From contig CM022677.1 in assembly GCA_012295275.1 (NCBI GenBank), forward strand, positions 13,020,001-13,084,000: a DNA stretch of 64,000 bases, given 5' to 3'. This document shows, in pieces, positions 38,721 to 53,792 of the stretch. Every line of letters starts with the position of its first letter. Position 1 is the first letter of the stretch. Source of the stretch: Chrysomallon squamiferum (Eukaryota > Animalia > Mollusca). The notes beneath the pieces are model-generated. The model ran no database searches. It worked only from the letters and a program-made list of their open reading frames with translations, and was not told the DNA's origin. A program made the translations under genes and the position numbers.

Positions 38721-41700
38721 ATGGTGTTTAACTGTATGCATGCTGAAATTTTAACTAAGGCTTTAAATTTTGCATGTAGAGCAAATATTTTGGACAATAC
38801 TGATTCAGAAGATGTACAGTCTTTTATCCAGGATTATTTTAATGATTCTTCTGTTATTGAAGTGATAAATGACACTGGTGATATTACAGAAAACAACAAA
38901 GATTCAGCTGATGATACAGATTCTGAATTAAATTTTGCTTGCTCTGGATCGATCACTTCTGAAGGTGAAAGTAGTGACAGACCTCTGATTGATACAGAAT
39001 TCATTTCAACACTTGAACCAGACATTAACCAGTCATGTGATGTGATTGCTGATAAAGAAAATGTAAAAGTTGTACAATTTGACTGAGATGAAGTGTTGGA
39101 AGGGAGAATGAATATGGCAGAATTCAGTCAAGATAAGAATGCATAGTTTGTAATATTTATAGATAAAGGGACTATCCTCAGTTTGTAGTCATTTTAATGT
39201 TTTCAAAAATTATTAACATAACAGTTCATTTGGATTTTTTTTTAACTTATGAGTTAAATAATAATATTAATATCAATATTAAATAGTAGCCGAGCATAGA
39301 TATTTAACATTGAATACATTTTTGGTTAGCCTGCCTAATGTTTTGTATTAATTTGAGCAATAAAATAATTTTGTATATAATATCCACCTTTTCTTAAACC
39401 TTCAAAATTTATGAACTTTGAAATTTAGCAATTATAAATTATAAATTATAATGTTTACATATTAAAGTAAAATATTCTTTAAAAAGAAGAGGATATTCAT
39501 TGGGAGGAGTGGTTGGATGAAACTTAACCATTAGATTATATCACAATACTTTGCTTGCATAATTCTGTGTTACTGTGAAAATATAATATATTAAGTTATT
39601 GAATAATATGAAAATGTTTTTTAAACAACAGCTAATAATACTAATAACTGACTAAATTTTAATATAATTTTAAAAATATTTTATTTTGTGTTTTGCAGCT
39701 GAAAAAGACATGATTCTACTTGGAGTACTGTCAAGTGCTATGAATAATGGAGAGATGACATGTTTAAAACCCTGCCGACAAACAGAACATAAACTCCAGA
39801 TGTGTTGCTACATCATAGATTCTAAAACTGTAGAGAAACCTTCCAATTCATTGATGGGTAAGTGTGTGTTTTAATCCACTGATCATGAGTAATTGTGTTC
39901 TGCTGGAATTTATACTAAATTGCTAAATATTACTGTTTAGAATACATGATTAATTAAGAACTGAATGGTAAAATGGAAGTATTCTTTTAAGTTGTTATTT
40001 TACTCTTTTTTTCAGTATATATATATATATTGTATTTTTTTTATTGAGTAGGGGGTTCTAAATTTATTTCCCTACATTGTATTTTTAGATTAGATATACC
40101 GAAGGTATTTGATTAGTATACCAATGATTATATAGAAGTGTTACTTTAATCTCTTTATTATAGAATTAGTCAGAATAAACTAACAGCATTGCTGAAGCAC
40201 TACGTCAGCATGAAGTAACTCCAAGACAGAAAAAATGTGGTGGGAGAAAATTTAATTCAGTGTACTTAGTTCTGATGATACAGAGAGGTTGTCCAGTTTC
40301 TGCAGCATTTTGTGGAGGACCATGCACTCGTCTTACCTGGCCGAGTACAGGATTCAAGAGAAGTGATGTCAACATACTCCACACAACTGAAACGAAGGCT
40401 TCACTTTGAGTCATTACAGACAACTTGCTATTGCACGAGGTAAGTTGATTGTGTCTTCACACAAAATATTCTTCAAGAGCATGTGCACAACCAAATAAAT
40501 TTTAACTATTGATAAAGCTACTTTTTTTTCTTTCTAACTGTTCATTAATATTTGTTCCTCTCCTTGGACCTTAGAACATTCTTTTTATTATGCAAAATAT
40601 GACCATACTGCCATTATGTCATGTTTTAATGAATTTGTTTTATTTTTAACACTACATAGTTATTTGAATGAATAGATTGGTATATTTGTGGGGTATTTAT
40701 ATATATACATGAACAGATGGATAAGAATACATATATAATTTAATATGATATTGATTAAATACCCCAACCTTTACTTCACTTTGATATGGAAAATTAAAAC
40801 AAACATTAAATTATACTTTTAAATTATTTAGAAATTGTTACTTGATAAAAATTAGTAATTAAATTATTTTGCTTGAAAAATGTATAACAATTTGCAGTGA
40901 TTGTTTTAATACTTTATTTATTTTTATGTCTCTAAATTTGTTTTTAGGTCATATCGGGAAATCCTCCTTTATTAGTCTGTGGAAGCTGCAAGTTCACTTC
41001 ATAGTTGTTGGATAACCTAGGACAGATCTGTGCTGGCAGAGCAAACAAAACAACGAGATGATTCACTAAACTGCCAGTCTTCCAGAAGATGAGAAAATGT
41101 GAGTGCTTGGTGAACAACTAGGTCATCTGTGTATTGTGGAATCTGAAACGAAGTTTTATAATAACATGGTGCCAGAGTCCAAAGTTACTGCTGCTGAAGC
41201 TAATATTACCAATGTTGGCCCTCACCAACCTAACTCTTACCCTGGTACAATTCATTATTCTTTCAACTTTGCCCAAACAAGTCCACATACCAAGTAGTCT
41301 GCTCCAGCCTGGACCAGTTTATTTACCTAGAAAATGTGGGATTTTTGGAATTTGAGGTGAGGCCCTTCCTCAGCAGATTAATTATTTGATTGATGAAGCT
41401 ATGAGTAGTAGCAAGGGGTCTAATGTGGTAATTTCTTTACTACCATTTTCTACTGAAGTTTGGACTGGTAGAAATGAAAGTGAACTTATATTGTGATAAT
41501 TGTAGTGGACAAAATAAGAATCAATTTAGGTAGTGGAATGCGGAATGGAGGTATATGATTGGACTCCATACAGAAATAATTTTATGCCTTCTGACCATAC
41601 CAAGTTCACACCAGACTGGCGTTTTGGTTTATTAAAGCAGAAGTTCAAACATTCAGAGTGGATTATTTGCCAATTTGTGTCGAGTTGTTGAATCCAGCAC

Positions 41701-42007
41701 AACAAAGGGAATCAACCAAATTGTATGTTCTGAAACCAGAGATGTGCATGTGACAATATATGACTGCAGGTGTTCTTTGATGGGTGGATTCATCTTCTTA
41801 AAGGAACGAAGTCAATTCAGAATTTCCGTTTTTGCAGTAATGAACCAGGCATTTTTTTATAAGCAAAAGGTTGATGAGATTGAGATTGTTTTTAGAGCAG
41901 AGACAGTGAAAGCACAACTAACAGGACTTCCAGAACCTATACCACCGTCCTGGGATTCCAGCTGGCTGACAGGAATACCTTCACCACAGCATTCAACCTT
42001 TTGTTAG
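38721..42007 (+). mobile_element. Degenerate intron-containing Sola-type (DDD) DNA transposase; the element may start near 36188
   Basis: Spliced segments at ~38721-39100, 39699-39857 (EKDMILLGVL..CRETF), ~40164-40439 (HALVLPGRV..FKRSDV) and 40948-42000 (PRTDLCWQ, HYSFNFAQ/QVHIPS..QPGPVYLPRKCGIFGI, QINYLIDEA, SKGSNVVISLL, YCDNCSGQNKN, HTKFTPDWRFGLLKQ). Many stops and frameshifts. The subgroup (Sola2?) is from memory of motifs. Confidence 0.8.
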
Positions 42008-43734
42008 ACAAGAAGTGCAGCTACATTAACACTAACTTGAAACTGTTGGTAAAAATATTTATTTCAAATTACACCTTTGGGTGTTTTCATGTCACAGTTG
42101 TAATAGTTTATCACATGTGACAATTCTACATACTGTATATAAATAACATTCCATTGTTACTAATTGATTTATGTCTCTCTCGATAATTCAAGCTTTCATT
42201 GAGGGAATATAATAATTATTAAGGTGTTTACAACATAAATATATACAGAACTTTCCAGGCATTTTATGCATGCTTTCAAGTATTTTCAGAGAATATTTCT
42301 ATCAAATTATGAACAAATTATTTTCTGTAAAAACCTACTTACTAATGACTAGATTTCTTTTTCATTTTTTTCTTCTTATTATTAATGTTTACATCATAAC
42401 AGACTACAATTGGATTAATTGTTATTATTATTTCTTGGGGTGAAAATTAATATTATGAGAATGTAACACTATCAAAGTGTGCCAGTCTATTTCAGTGTAT
42501 TGTATGAAAGCATGTACAGTAATTAAATATTAGAAAACATTCTCTTTTTAAATTGGTTACCCATTGTCATGATCCACACTTACATACATGTTATCCTTAA
42601 AAGAAAATAGTTTGTTTTGTTGTTCTAATATAAAGGAAGTAGCATATCTTTGTTATTCAAGGTTTTATCAGAGAAATTTAATTATAACAATTTTAAAAAA
42701 GAAACTGAAATGCAAGGAATGTGTTTAATTGGTATCAGTGGGTGCAGCATGGTGTGATCTGTTCAAAGCTTGGTGTGGCTCCATTCTTTAACTGGCTAGG
42801 ACATTTTCTATAATTAGTAACAGTGATCCAGTTGGTCCTTTTTAGTTGTTTGTCCTTTTTATTTATTTTAAATAAAATATTCTGCAAAAAGTAAAACAGA
42901 TATATTCTTTAGTGAACTAAGTTTGATAAGCAGGCCGAATTTCATGAACATACAATAATGGTTGCTAAGGAAAATGTTACAAAGAACTTTGTGGTCCTTT
43001 CAGCTTCCAGAAAAGAAAACTTAGTGAAGTATGTTTATTTCATTGTGTAAAAGGTGAATATTTAGTAAATGGAGTTAATTTTTTTTATAAATAATAATGG
43101 ATAGCTAGAAAATATCAACATTTTTTTTCTTCAAAAAAAAAAAAAAAAAAAAAAGAAGCCATGAAAAGGAATATAAAAGGATATAGTATATGTACTATAA
43201 TGTTTTCATTGATCAGTAACATATTTTGTTTTGTCTTTCCACCTTTAAATTTTACTTTAATGTATTTTATTTGTTTTTAACTGGCATAAAATAATTTATA
43301 ATTAGTGTTAGTTGTGCTTATCCAGTATATAGAGTAATTAGTTGTAATGCAATCATTCTTTCCTAAACTTGCTCTTTCTAGACAAGATGCAGAAGTGAAA
43401 TAGCTCTGACATAGATGTTGGGTGGACCGGATGTACCACCCTGCAACATTCTGCTTCTCTGGTAAGACTGTTAAATTAATGATTTGTTTTTTCTTAAAGT
43501 TTGTAACTTTCATGTTAATAAAGTGAAGAATGCAAACTACCATAAGTTTTGTCTTCATAACATATAATAAAAAGCGAATAATAAAAAGATGAGGAGAGTT
43601 GAGTGCTATACATCTTCAGAATGATCAGTCCACTGATGATTAAAATAAGAGTATACACTGTTTTTATCGTTGTGTGCATGGTTATTCTGATAATGTGATA
43701 GTGCATAGAGGTGTTCATTTTTTAGTCATCTAAT

Positions 43735-44440
43735 TTTTATATTATTTAAATCAGGGGAAAGTCCATGATTTGCTGGGGTAGTCAATGTAATTAAATTTAA
43801 AACTTTGTAATTAGGGGTAATTCGAATTTTTTATTTAAAAAAAAGAAAAAAGAATAACATTTTTTTTTTCTTTATATTATTTAAATCGGTGGAAAATGAA
43901 GGGTTTGCTGGGGTAATCAATGTAAACATATTTAAAATGATGTAATTAGGGGTAGTTAGAATTTTTATATACTTTTTAAAAAAATTCACACAAAATTTAA
44001 AAAAAAAGAAAACCAGAATTATCTTTTATTTTATCTTCTTTTTCTTTACATTATTTAAATCAGGGGAAATCAAGGGTTTGTTGGGGGATATAATTGTGAA
44101 AATATATTTAAAATTATGTAACTAGGAGTAATTAGAATTATATAATGTATGTATTCTTTTACCCTTTTTTTGTATTACTTAGATGAGGGGAAATCAAGAA
44201 TTTGTTGGGGGTAATTAATGTAAATGTAATTGAAGATTATGTAATTAGGAGTAATTGGAATTTTTATAAATAAAAAAAAAAAAAAAAAAAAAAAATTCAC
44301 CACAAAATTATAAATACCAAAATCCAAACGAAAAAAAATCTTTTATCTTTCCTTTTTTATATTATTTAAATCGGGGGAAAATAAATTGTTTCTTGGGGGT
44401 AATCATTGTGTGAATATATTTAAAATTTTGTAATTAGCAT
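43735..44440. repeat. Divergent ~130-180-bp tandem repeat, 5 copies
   Basis: ATTATTTAAATCAGGGGAAA...TTTG.TGGGG...TGTAATTAGG.GTAATT.GAATT at ~43740, 43876, 44050, ~44174 and 44361. Confidence 0.85.
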
Positions 44441-45082
44441 AAGAAGTGTCTATATTATTTTCCGTTAAAGAGCACTTTAATCACATAACCTATAATACTT
44501 AATTATCACATAATATCTGGTAAAATAAAATAATCCATCTGATTAGAGTAATTTGGAGAGTGAGAGAGAGAATAAGAAAGCCAGATGGAAATAAGTAAAT
44601 GTCATAACTTATTCTTAAGTACTCACTTCTGTCTATACGACACTGTATTCAAAATTAGAAAAAGTAGCAATACCCTATGTATCCATCTGTTCATCTATCT
44701 TCAGTAACTATCTCTGTATGTAGGTATTTCTATTTATCTATCATAATCAATCTATCTGTCTATCTATCTAACCAATTAAATGTTATTATATTAATGTACT
44801 AATTAGCCATTCCCTAGTAAATGGTTAGTCTCTCTCTCTCTCTCTCTCTCTCTGTGTTTAAGTAAGGTATCGGTATAAAAATACTACATTTTTACAGTGA
44901 AATGAAATTTTTATAAAAACATACAGAAATTTTCATAACAAATTTAAATTCTTGATCTTATTTTTACTCTGAATAGCATTAATGAAGAAATATATTAAGA
45001 ATGCACAAATATAGATACTACTACTACTATTACTACTACTACTACTACTACTTCTAATAATAATAATAATAATAATCTATAC

Positions 45083-45118
<36 letters not shown>

Positions 45119-45559
45119 GTCAATTTCATGACTAGGTAGTCTAAAGGAAATAATGACCTGTGACCTGTGCCAAGTTAAAGTTATATCGATCTGACTTACC
45201 TCTCTTTAGTGGTAAGTGTTCACATAGATTAGAGTTATGTCCCTTACGTGAGATGTACTCACTAAGCTTATGTATGCTAATTATTAGGCGACTGAGATGA
45301 TAGAACAATTATTATTAGTCGCCCCAAAAAATATTATTTGGGTGACCTGTTTTTTTCTATAAGTTATAACACAAGATAATAATTTTATAATAATTTTATC
45401 GCAAATATTTATTTCCATAAATTCCATAATATGTCCCATGGTTCCATAATATCAGCTACGTTATTTGCCAACATCTATTTATAAACATTACGGTAAAGAA
45501 TTATCAGTTCGTTAACGGAACAAGTTATCACAGGAGATAGCTTTGTAACTAATTGTTTG

Positions 45560-47378
45560 ATTTACTAAATGGAATTTAGTAAACTGTTGTAGTGTTTTGT
45601 TATTTAAATAATAAATCGTTGTTGTTTACATGTTTGTTAGGTGTGAGTTTACCAGTGTGTCAAGGGTTTTACAAGTATGATGTTAGTGTAACTGGTCTCT
45701 ATTTGATTGGTAGTGAAGTATTATTCCTGATGTGCTTTACTGTTTGTATTTTTCAAGTGTGGACTGATTTTAATTTTAGGGGTTTTTAAAAAAAAAATTA
45801 TATTGTCTTCTGTATTTATTTATTTCCGATAAGCTCAGTCCACCACTCAGTGGATATTTTGTTAGTGCAGTTTTTGGTTTTAGGTTTGTGTTCAGTGACA
45901 GCTGAGTCTATCATGTTGTAAGTGAAGTGCAGTATGTGTCAGTGTTGATTTTTATTTTAACATTTTTCCATGCTTTGTAGAATCCTTCCCAGTCTGCTTT
46001 GGTGAAATTTCATTTGTATTGAGTTGTTGGAGAAGGTTTTCTTGTTATAGTAATTTGTGAGTGCAGGGTGGTGGTTACAACACAACTCATTTAGAACTTC
46101 TCATTGACTCAGTGCTGCAGTGTGTTTGCTGTTAGTGTTAAATCAGTGGTGAACTGGACACACTGGTGAAGGTGAATGTATCATTATTAAGACAAACAAG
46201 AATGGAAAGACCTGGGTTAGGTGTTTATCATGTGACAGATATGTTTTGGGTGGATGGAGGTTCTTTTGTTGAAATTATTTATTTTTATTTTGCTGTGTTT
46301 ACACTTTCTTCAAGTAGTTGCTGAAAGTTTGCATATTTTGCGAGGTATCAGAAATAGCTTGAGTTTCTATGGTGATGGACACTGCAGTAGCTGCATGCTA
46401 ATGACTTGAGTTGTATCACTGTGTACATTTTGTTGTGTGTCTGCAGGTCTGTCAGAGGCCACACTCAGGTAACTGTGACCTTATTTCTGTGTGTTGATTG
46501 ATGTAGCTGTCAGTAGCAATTGTTATCATGGCAGGTTTGCTGTTAAAGTAAATGTGATCCAGTAAGTTGCTTTTTCCTCTGTATAATGACATTAACTAGC
46601 TTGGCTTTGTTTGTGAATAAATCTCGTTGCAAAACTTTTTAGTTTTAATTTCTTATTTCTAAACTGGTAATATATTTTGTGATATATTTAAAAAGTGAGA
46701 TGGGTGTTTTTTTCTTGTTTTTTTCTCACTCATTTAGCTTCGGGTTGTGGTTGTTGTTGATGTGCAGACTGGTTTACTGTTTGCTGAGTCAGAGTCTAGT
46801 GTAGTAATTCCCAGTAAGAAAATGTTGATCCCAGATGTTTAAAAAAATCTTTAAGAGTTTTGTGGTGATCCTGAAATAAATGTTCCTTGGGTTGTTACTT
46901 TTTGTTTATGATCTCTGATGTTTTGTTGATTATGGAGATTTATGTTTCTGTTTGGAGATATTTTTGTTCTGTATTTGTATGCTGTATATATTTCCCACAT
47001 GTTAGGTTCACTCCCTTCATCCTCCATATCCATACTGCTTTTATTTGTTTGTAAGGATACCAAAATGTCCAAATTTTCAATATTTTCTGTTCAGGGTTTT
47101 GTCTGTGTCAGTGTTTATTGGTGATTTATCTTGTTTTTTTTTATTTATCACCTTTTTGCTTCTTGTCAACGTTTTTTCTATATTTTAAAAATCAAATTTT
47201 GCCTTTTTAACCTGCTGTGTTTTGGAAATCCTAACTTTCATTGCTGAATCATCTGAATTAGTGATTTTTATGTTTTCCATGTTGTTGCATTTTTAGAGGT
47301 TGGTTTGGTGTTATTTTTCCTGGTTCTGAATGTCTAATGTGTGTATTTGTACTTTTAATGTGCCTACCTTTACTTTAA
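45560..47378 (-). mobile_element. Highly decayed non-LTR retrotransposon (LINE) ORF2 fragment: APE endonuclease plus linker
   Basis: The minus strand gives KVKVGTLKVQ (endonuclease N-terminus), GKSNLLDHIYF (C-terminal LDHI), NFTKADWEGF and EWWTEL in the order expected for LINE ORF2. The sense strand is A/C-rich with many stops. Confidence 0.55.
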
Positions 47379-48379
47379 CACACACACACACAAACACACA
47401 CAGGCACACACGCACGCAGACACACACAGACCTTGCTTGCACTTAATAGAAATAATACACATCAGTGTGAAAATTGTACATAAAATGATATAACATGAAT
47501 AATTATCAACTGTATGAAGAGAAATAAGACATGTTTTCAGGATACAGTTTTATACTTTATTTATTTGTTTAGTTATTTAGTTATTCTACTTTGCTATCAT
47601 GTAACTTGTTTGTTTTATCTGACATGCTAGTGAACTATCCATTTTGTTCTTCTTTTCAGTTTGCTTCAACTCACTAAATATTCAACATTGAATAAATTAT
47701 AGAAACTAATAAACTGTGTTCAGTTATTTTTGTGAAAACAAATATGTAATAATAACAATATTAACAGTGGTTATTCTAAAAAAATTAAATATTTAGACTT
47801 AAAGAGATATTTTTATATGTGTAAGCAGTTTTGTGAATATAATTGTACATCTAAATATATTCTGAGTTATATATTAACATTTCAACATATCAGCAGTAAA
47901 GACTTCCACAATGATACTATTTAAGAGTTATCATCAAAAAAACAACTGTAAATACTTTAAATGATACACAGTCATGAATCATAGTTGTATTTGTTATCAA
48001 ATAATATCCAGACACATTCCACTTACTGTTCAGAAAGTTTAAACATTTCTTGAATTTATTTGTATGAGTTAATAATAATAATAATAAAAAACAGTTATTA
48101 AAAACTACAATTAAAGTAATAGATAACTTTATATTATATAAAAGGTCAATGGTAAAAACCTTTTTTTTCTTCTTTTTCTTTACCTACTTGAATATTAACA
48201 AGTGTATAACAAGTTATAATGAGCTATTTCAAGTACGAGTAAAATTAATAGATGTAGGTAACATAATAAAAGTAATCTAACATTGTAATCTGTATTGGTC
48301 CTTTTCATGTATCTTGTTAAAACTTTTTTTTAATTTTTGTTACTATGCTGTTTTGTTTTTTGCAAATTTTATTATTCTT

Positions 48380-49290
48380 AAAAGACTGAACTGAAGTAAT
48401 AATAAATAAAATATATATATACTTTTTTTTTGGTGTAGTTACTTTTTGTCTGTCAGTTAGTTGATGAAAAACTGGCTTATTTTTGTATTTTAATAGTTTT
48501 TATTAAATGTGGTTCTCTTAAAGTAAAAGAAATAACATATCATTTATAATTATTCCTATCTACATTTTTTTTAAATTATTATTATCGTTTTGTTTTTTTT
48601 GTTTTGTTTTTCTTTTTCCGGTTTTTTCTATGAAGAAAATTATTTTATTTTATTTTAATGCAGTTGTTATCTTTATTTTTAGTCTTTTACTTGTATATTT
48701 GTTTCATTTTGTTTATGACAGTATTTGTTTAAAATACTATACTTTTAGAAACTGATCTAAAAAGACTGAACTGAAGTAATAATAAATAAAATATATATAT
48801 AATTTTTTTTGGTGTAGTTACTTTTTGTCTGTCAGTTAGTTAATGAAAAACTGGCTTATTTTTATACTATACTTTTAGAAACTGTCTGAAGTGAAAATAA
48901 AGTAAAAACATTGACAATGTGATTTTTGTTATTGTTGTATAAGGACATTCATGAAAACGTATATAATTTACCTGTATTACAATATTAAATCAAAATGTTA
49001 ATGTTAAAAACAGAACAAAATGAATCAAAAATCTAAAACGTGAAAGTATAATACTTGTTATTTTTATATCAGAATATTCATGAAAACTTTTATTAAATAC
49101 CTGTATTATAGTATTAATTCAAAATGTTATTGGTAAAAACAGAAATAAAATAATATAAAATCTAAAATATGATATTAAAGTACCGGTTATTTTATATCAG
49201 GACATTCATGAAAACTTATATTAATTCAAAATGGTGTTTTAAAAACAGAACTAAAAGAAACTAAAATCTAAAATGTAATATTATAGTACT
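48380..49290. repeat. Local duplication (48380-48485 vs 48759-48862) and three ~125-bp tandem units (48943-49290)
   Basis: AAAAGACTGAACTGAAGTAATAATAAATAAAATATATATA twice; ATTCATGAAAAC...AAAAACAGAA...AAAATCTAAAA three times. Confidence 0.8.
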
Positions 49291-49576
49291 TGTTTTTGTC
49301 AGTCACTGAATGATTCATGAAAGTTTGACATTCATGCATTTTTTTCTTTTATTTTAAGACACTTTAAACTTTATTTAAAATGTTCTAAATGTGACATGAC
49401 TTTTATATTCAAGTCTGCAGTCAACACTAAATAATTTCTTCATATTATTTAAGTTAAAAAGCTATGTAACTGTAACGTGTAGAATTGAATAAAATAATAT
49501 TATAAAATGTATTATTAACTTTTACCTTGGTAACAAAATTTAAAAGACAAACAAATAATAAGCACATCACCAAAAC

Positions 49577-49765
49577 ATATTCACACACACTGACACACAA
49601 AACACATGCACACACACTGACACACAAAACACATGCACACACACTGACACACAAAACACATGCACACACACTGACACACAAAACACATGCACACACACTG
49701 ACACACAAAACACATGCACACACATTGACACACAAAACACATTCATACACACTGACAAACAAAAC
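49577..49765. repeat. 27-bp CA-rich minisatellite
   Basis: ACACACTGACACACAAAACACATGCAC about 6-7 copies. Confidence 0.9.
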
Positions 49766-49926
49766 ACCCACCCAAGGTAAAAGTGCTTTACCGTGTTAAC
49801 TGTAAAAGTTTAATTTCTTTTAAACACAGATAATAAATTCTTCTCATTTTCCTCCATTTTTCATTTCTTATTTGTTGATTTTAATTTATTTTTATTTAGA
49901 TTTTGTTTTACTTTACTTATTTATAA

Positions 49927-49977
<51 letters not shown>

Positions 49978-51654
49978 CATAATTATGACTTTTTAGTTTA
50001 TCCATTTATTTATTTTAATCTTTATTGTTATTTTCATTTTCTTGTTCTTATCAAACCAAATTAAAATCATCATTGGTATTGATGTTTCAGAAATGAATTT
50101 AAAGAACCTTTTTTTATGAAAAATGAATTGAGAGAAATATTTTTAAAATTTCTTATCTTTTAAGATACATGTACTAATTATTAAAGTTATTTTTTAAATA
50201 TCTCGTTTCAAATTTTATATAAACCTTATAATTGTTTTATTAAAAAATAAATAAATAAAAACTAGATGATCTGAAATTGATCTATGAAGAGATCTGTGTT
50301 TCCTTTCATGAACTTTTTTCTACAGTACAGTTCAGTTCAGTTATTAATGGAATCAGATTTAAAATATTTTATCACATGTCTCTTTAAAAACACATTTCCT
50401 CCTTCCATCATAATATTAGTGTTTAATGTAAAAGCAAAAACATGATACCATATATATACTGTTAAATAAAACATCAATTCCTTCTTTTTCTTGTTAACAT
50501 ATGTTACGTATTTTATAATCAGTAAGTACTATTATAATGTTTGTTATTGTTATCACTACTACTACTACTATTATTGTTGTCATTAATTATTATTATTTAA
50601 TTTATTATATTCATCATTATCATTATTATACACATTAATTATACAGACAGAGACAGGTAGGTGAATGTAGAGGTAGCTGTACAGACAGACAGAAACAATA
50701 GAATAGTTTAGGTAGGTGTGTGTGTGTGTGTGTGTGTGTGTGATTGTCTATCTGTGTGTATGAGAGAGTGATAGAGAGAGAGTAAAGCAGGTATACACAT
50801 AGAAGCATTATATAGATAGACAGACAGACAGATAGATTGAAATACTGAAACTCGGAGAGCAGGTAGACACACACACACACATACAGACACATGCACAGAC
50901 AGACACACACACAGACACACATGCAGATACATACACACACACACACACACATACACATACATGTACATTGACTGCAGCATATACAGGTAGATATAGAGGT
51001 GAATACACTGATAGATAAACAGACAATGAGATGTGTAGAGGATGGTGTGCTTTGTTATGTTGAGACAGAAAGGATGACAGAAACATGTACAAATGTATAA
51101 CTGAGATTCTCAGGTAGACAAGCAGGTTTATAGAAAGAGATTTTTACTGGACTTTTGAAACCAGATTTAAAAAATGTATTTAAAAATGACATTTAGGAAT
51201 AAATGATCCTGCATGGATACTGAAATATTTTGATATACAGAATTGTAAAAAGAAATTACCTTGAAAGACTGAGTATATTGAAAATATATTTAGTATTCTT
51301 AGCTTATAGGAATTATTTTACTATTAATATGTCATTGATAATCCAAACAAACAGCTTTCGTTCCACTACTCTATCACTATGTTCATTCATAATAATATTA
51401 TCTCCAAAATGTCCTTATTGTGTGTCTCTAATATGAATTTACTTACCTGCCAGTATGTCTGTCTATCTTCAGTCATCTATCTATAAAATATACACATATA
51501 CCAACATAAGCACTCTAATCTACTTACTCATGTACAAAAACCCATCCTCTCTCTCTAACACATGAACTTACTAACACTTTATTACTCATATGACTATCAG
51601 CTTAGCTCTCTATATATCTCTGTATCAGTCTGTGTGCCTGTTTTCTTATGTCTT

Positions 51655-53792
51655 CCTCTCTGTCAGTCTATCTCACTAATTATATACCCTTCTCATTACA
51701 CACATCTCTCTGTATGTCTGTGTCTGTGTCTGTCAGTCTATCTCACTAATTATATACCCTTCTCATTACACACATCTCTCTGTATGTCTGTATCTGTGTC
51801 TGTCAGTCTATCTCACTAATTATATACCCTTCTCATTATACACATCTCTCTGTATGTCTGGCTCTGTGTCTGTCAGTCTATCTCACTAATTATATACCCT
51901 TCTCATTACACACATCTCTCTGTATGTCTGGCTCTGTGACTATCAGTCTATCTCACTAATTATATACCCTTCTCATTATACACATCTCTCTGTATGTCTG
52001 GCTCTGTGTCTGTCAGTCTGTCTCACTAATTATATACTCTTCTCATTATACACATCTCTCTGTATGTCTGGCTCTCTGTCTGTCAGTCTATCTCACTAAT
52101 TATATACCCTTCTCATTACACACATGTCTCTGTATGTCTGGCTCTGTGTCTATCTCACTAATTATATACCCTTCTCATTACACACATCTCTCTGAATGTC
52201 TGTGTCTGTGTCTGTCAGTCTATCTCACTAATTATATACCCTTCTCATTATACACATCTCTCTGTATGTCTGGCTCTGTGTCTGTCAGTCTATCTCACTA
52301 ATTATATACCCTTCTCATTACACACATCTCTCTGTATGTCTGTGTCTGTCAGTCTATCTCACTAATTATATACCCTTCTCATTATACACATCTCTCTGTA
52401 TGTCTGACTCTGTGTCTGTCAGTCTATCTCACTAATTATATACCCTTCTCATTACACACATCTCTCTGTATGTCTGGCTCTGTGACTATCAGTCTATCTC
52501 ACTAATTATATATCCTTCTCATTATACACATCTCTCTGTATGTCTGGCTCTGTGTCTGTCAGTCTATCTCACTAATTATATACCCTTCTCATTACACACA
52601 TGTCTCTGTATGTCTGACTCTGTGTCTATCTCACTAATTATATACCCTTCTCATTATACACATCTCTCTGTATGTCTGTGTCTGTGTCTGTCAGTCTATC
52701 TCACTAATTATATACCCTTCTCATTATACACATTTCTCTGTATGTATGTCTGTGTCTGTCAGTCTATCTCACTAATTATATACCCTTCTCATTATACACA
52801 TCTCTCTGTATGTCTGTGTCTGTCAGTCTATCTCACTAATTATATACTCTTCTATTACTCTTCTCATTACACATATCTCTCTCTGTATGTCTGGCTCTGT
52901 GTGTGTCAGTCTATCTCACTAATTATATACTCTTCTCATTACACATATCTCTCTGTATGTCTGGCTCTGTGTCTGTCAGTCTATCTCACTAATTATATAC
53001 CCTTCTCATTATACACATCTCTCTGTATGTCTGGCTCTGTGTCTGTCAGTCTATCTCACTAATTATATACCCTTCTCATTACACACATTTCTCTGTATGT
53101 CTGTGTCTGTCAGTCTATCTCACTAATTATATACCCTTCTCATTATACACATCTCTCTGTATGTCTGTGTCTGTCAGTCTATCTCACTAATTATATACTC
53201 TTCTCATTACACACATCTCTCTGTATGTCTGGTTCTGTGTGTGTCAGTCTATCTCACTAATTATATACTCTTCTCATTACACATATCTCTCTGTATGTCT
53301 GGCTCTGTGTCTGTCAGTCTATCTCACTAATTATATACCCTTCTCATTATACACATCTCTCTGTATGTCTGGCTCTGTGTCTGTCTATCTCACTAATTAT
53401 ATACCCTTCTCATTACACACATCTCTCTGTATGTCTGGCTCTGTGTCTGTCTGTCTATCTCACTAATTATATACTCTTCTCATTACACATATCTCTCTGT
53501 ATGTCTGGCTCTGTGTCTGTCAGTCTATCTCACTAATTATATACTCTTCTCATTATACACATCTCTCTGTATGTCTGTGTCTGTGTCTGTCAGTCTATCT
53601 CACTAATTATATACCCTTCTCATTATACACATCTCTCTGTATGTCTGGCTCTGTGTCTGTCAGTCTATCTCACTAATTATATACCCTTCTCATTACACAC
53701 ATCTCTCTGTATGTCTGTGTCTGTCAGTCTATCTCACTAATTATATACTCTTCTCATTATACACATCTCTCTGTATGTCTGGCTCTGTGTCT
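51655..53792. repeat. ~2.1-kb satellite, 70-bp unit (62-64-bp variants), about 30 copies
   Basis: TGTCAGTCTATCTCACTAATTATATACCCTTCTCATTACACACATCTCTCTGTATGTCTGGCTCTGTGTC starts at 51661, 51731, 51801, 51871 and onward, with no unique spacers. Confidence 0.95.

Noticed and set aside
51655-53792. ORFs 51562-53466 or a CRISPR array
   Set aside because: Head-to-tail 70-bp satellite; the ORFs are repeat translations.
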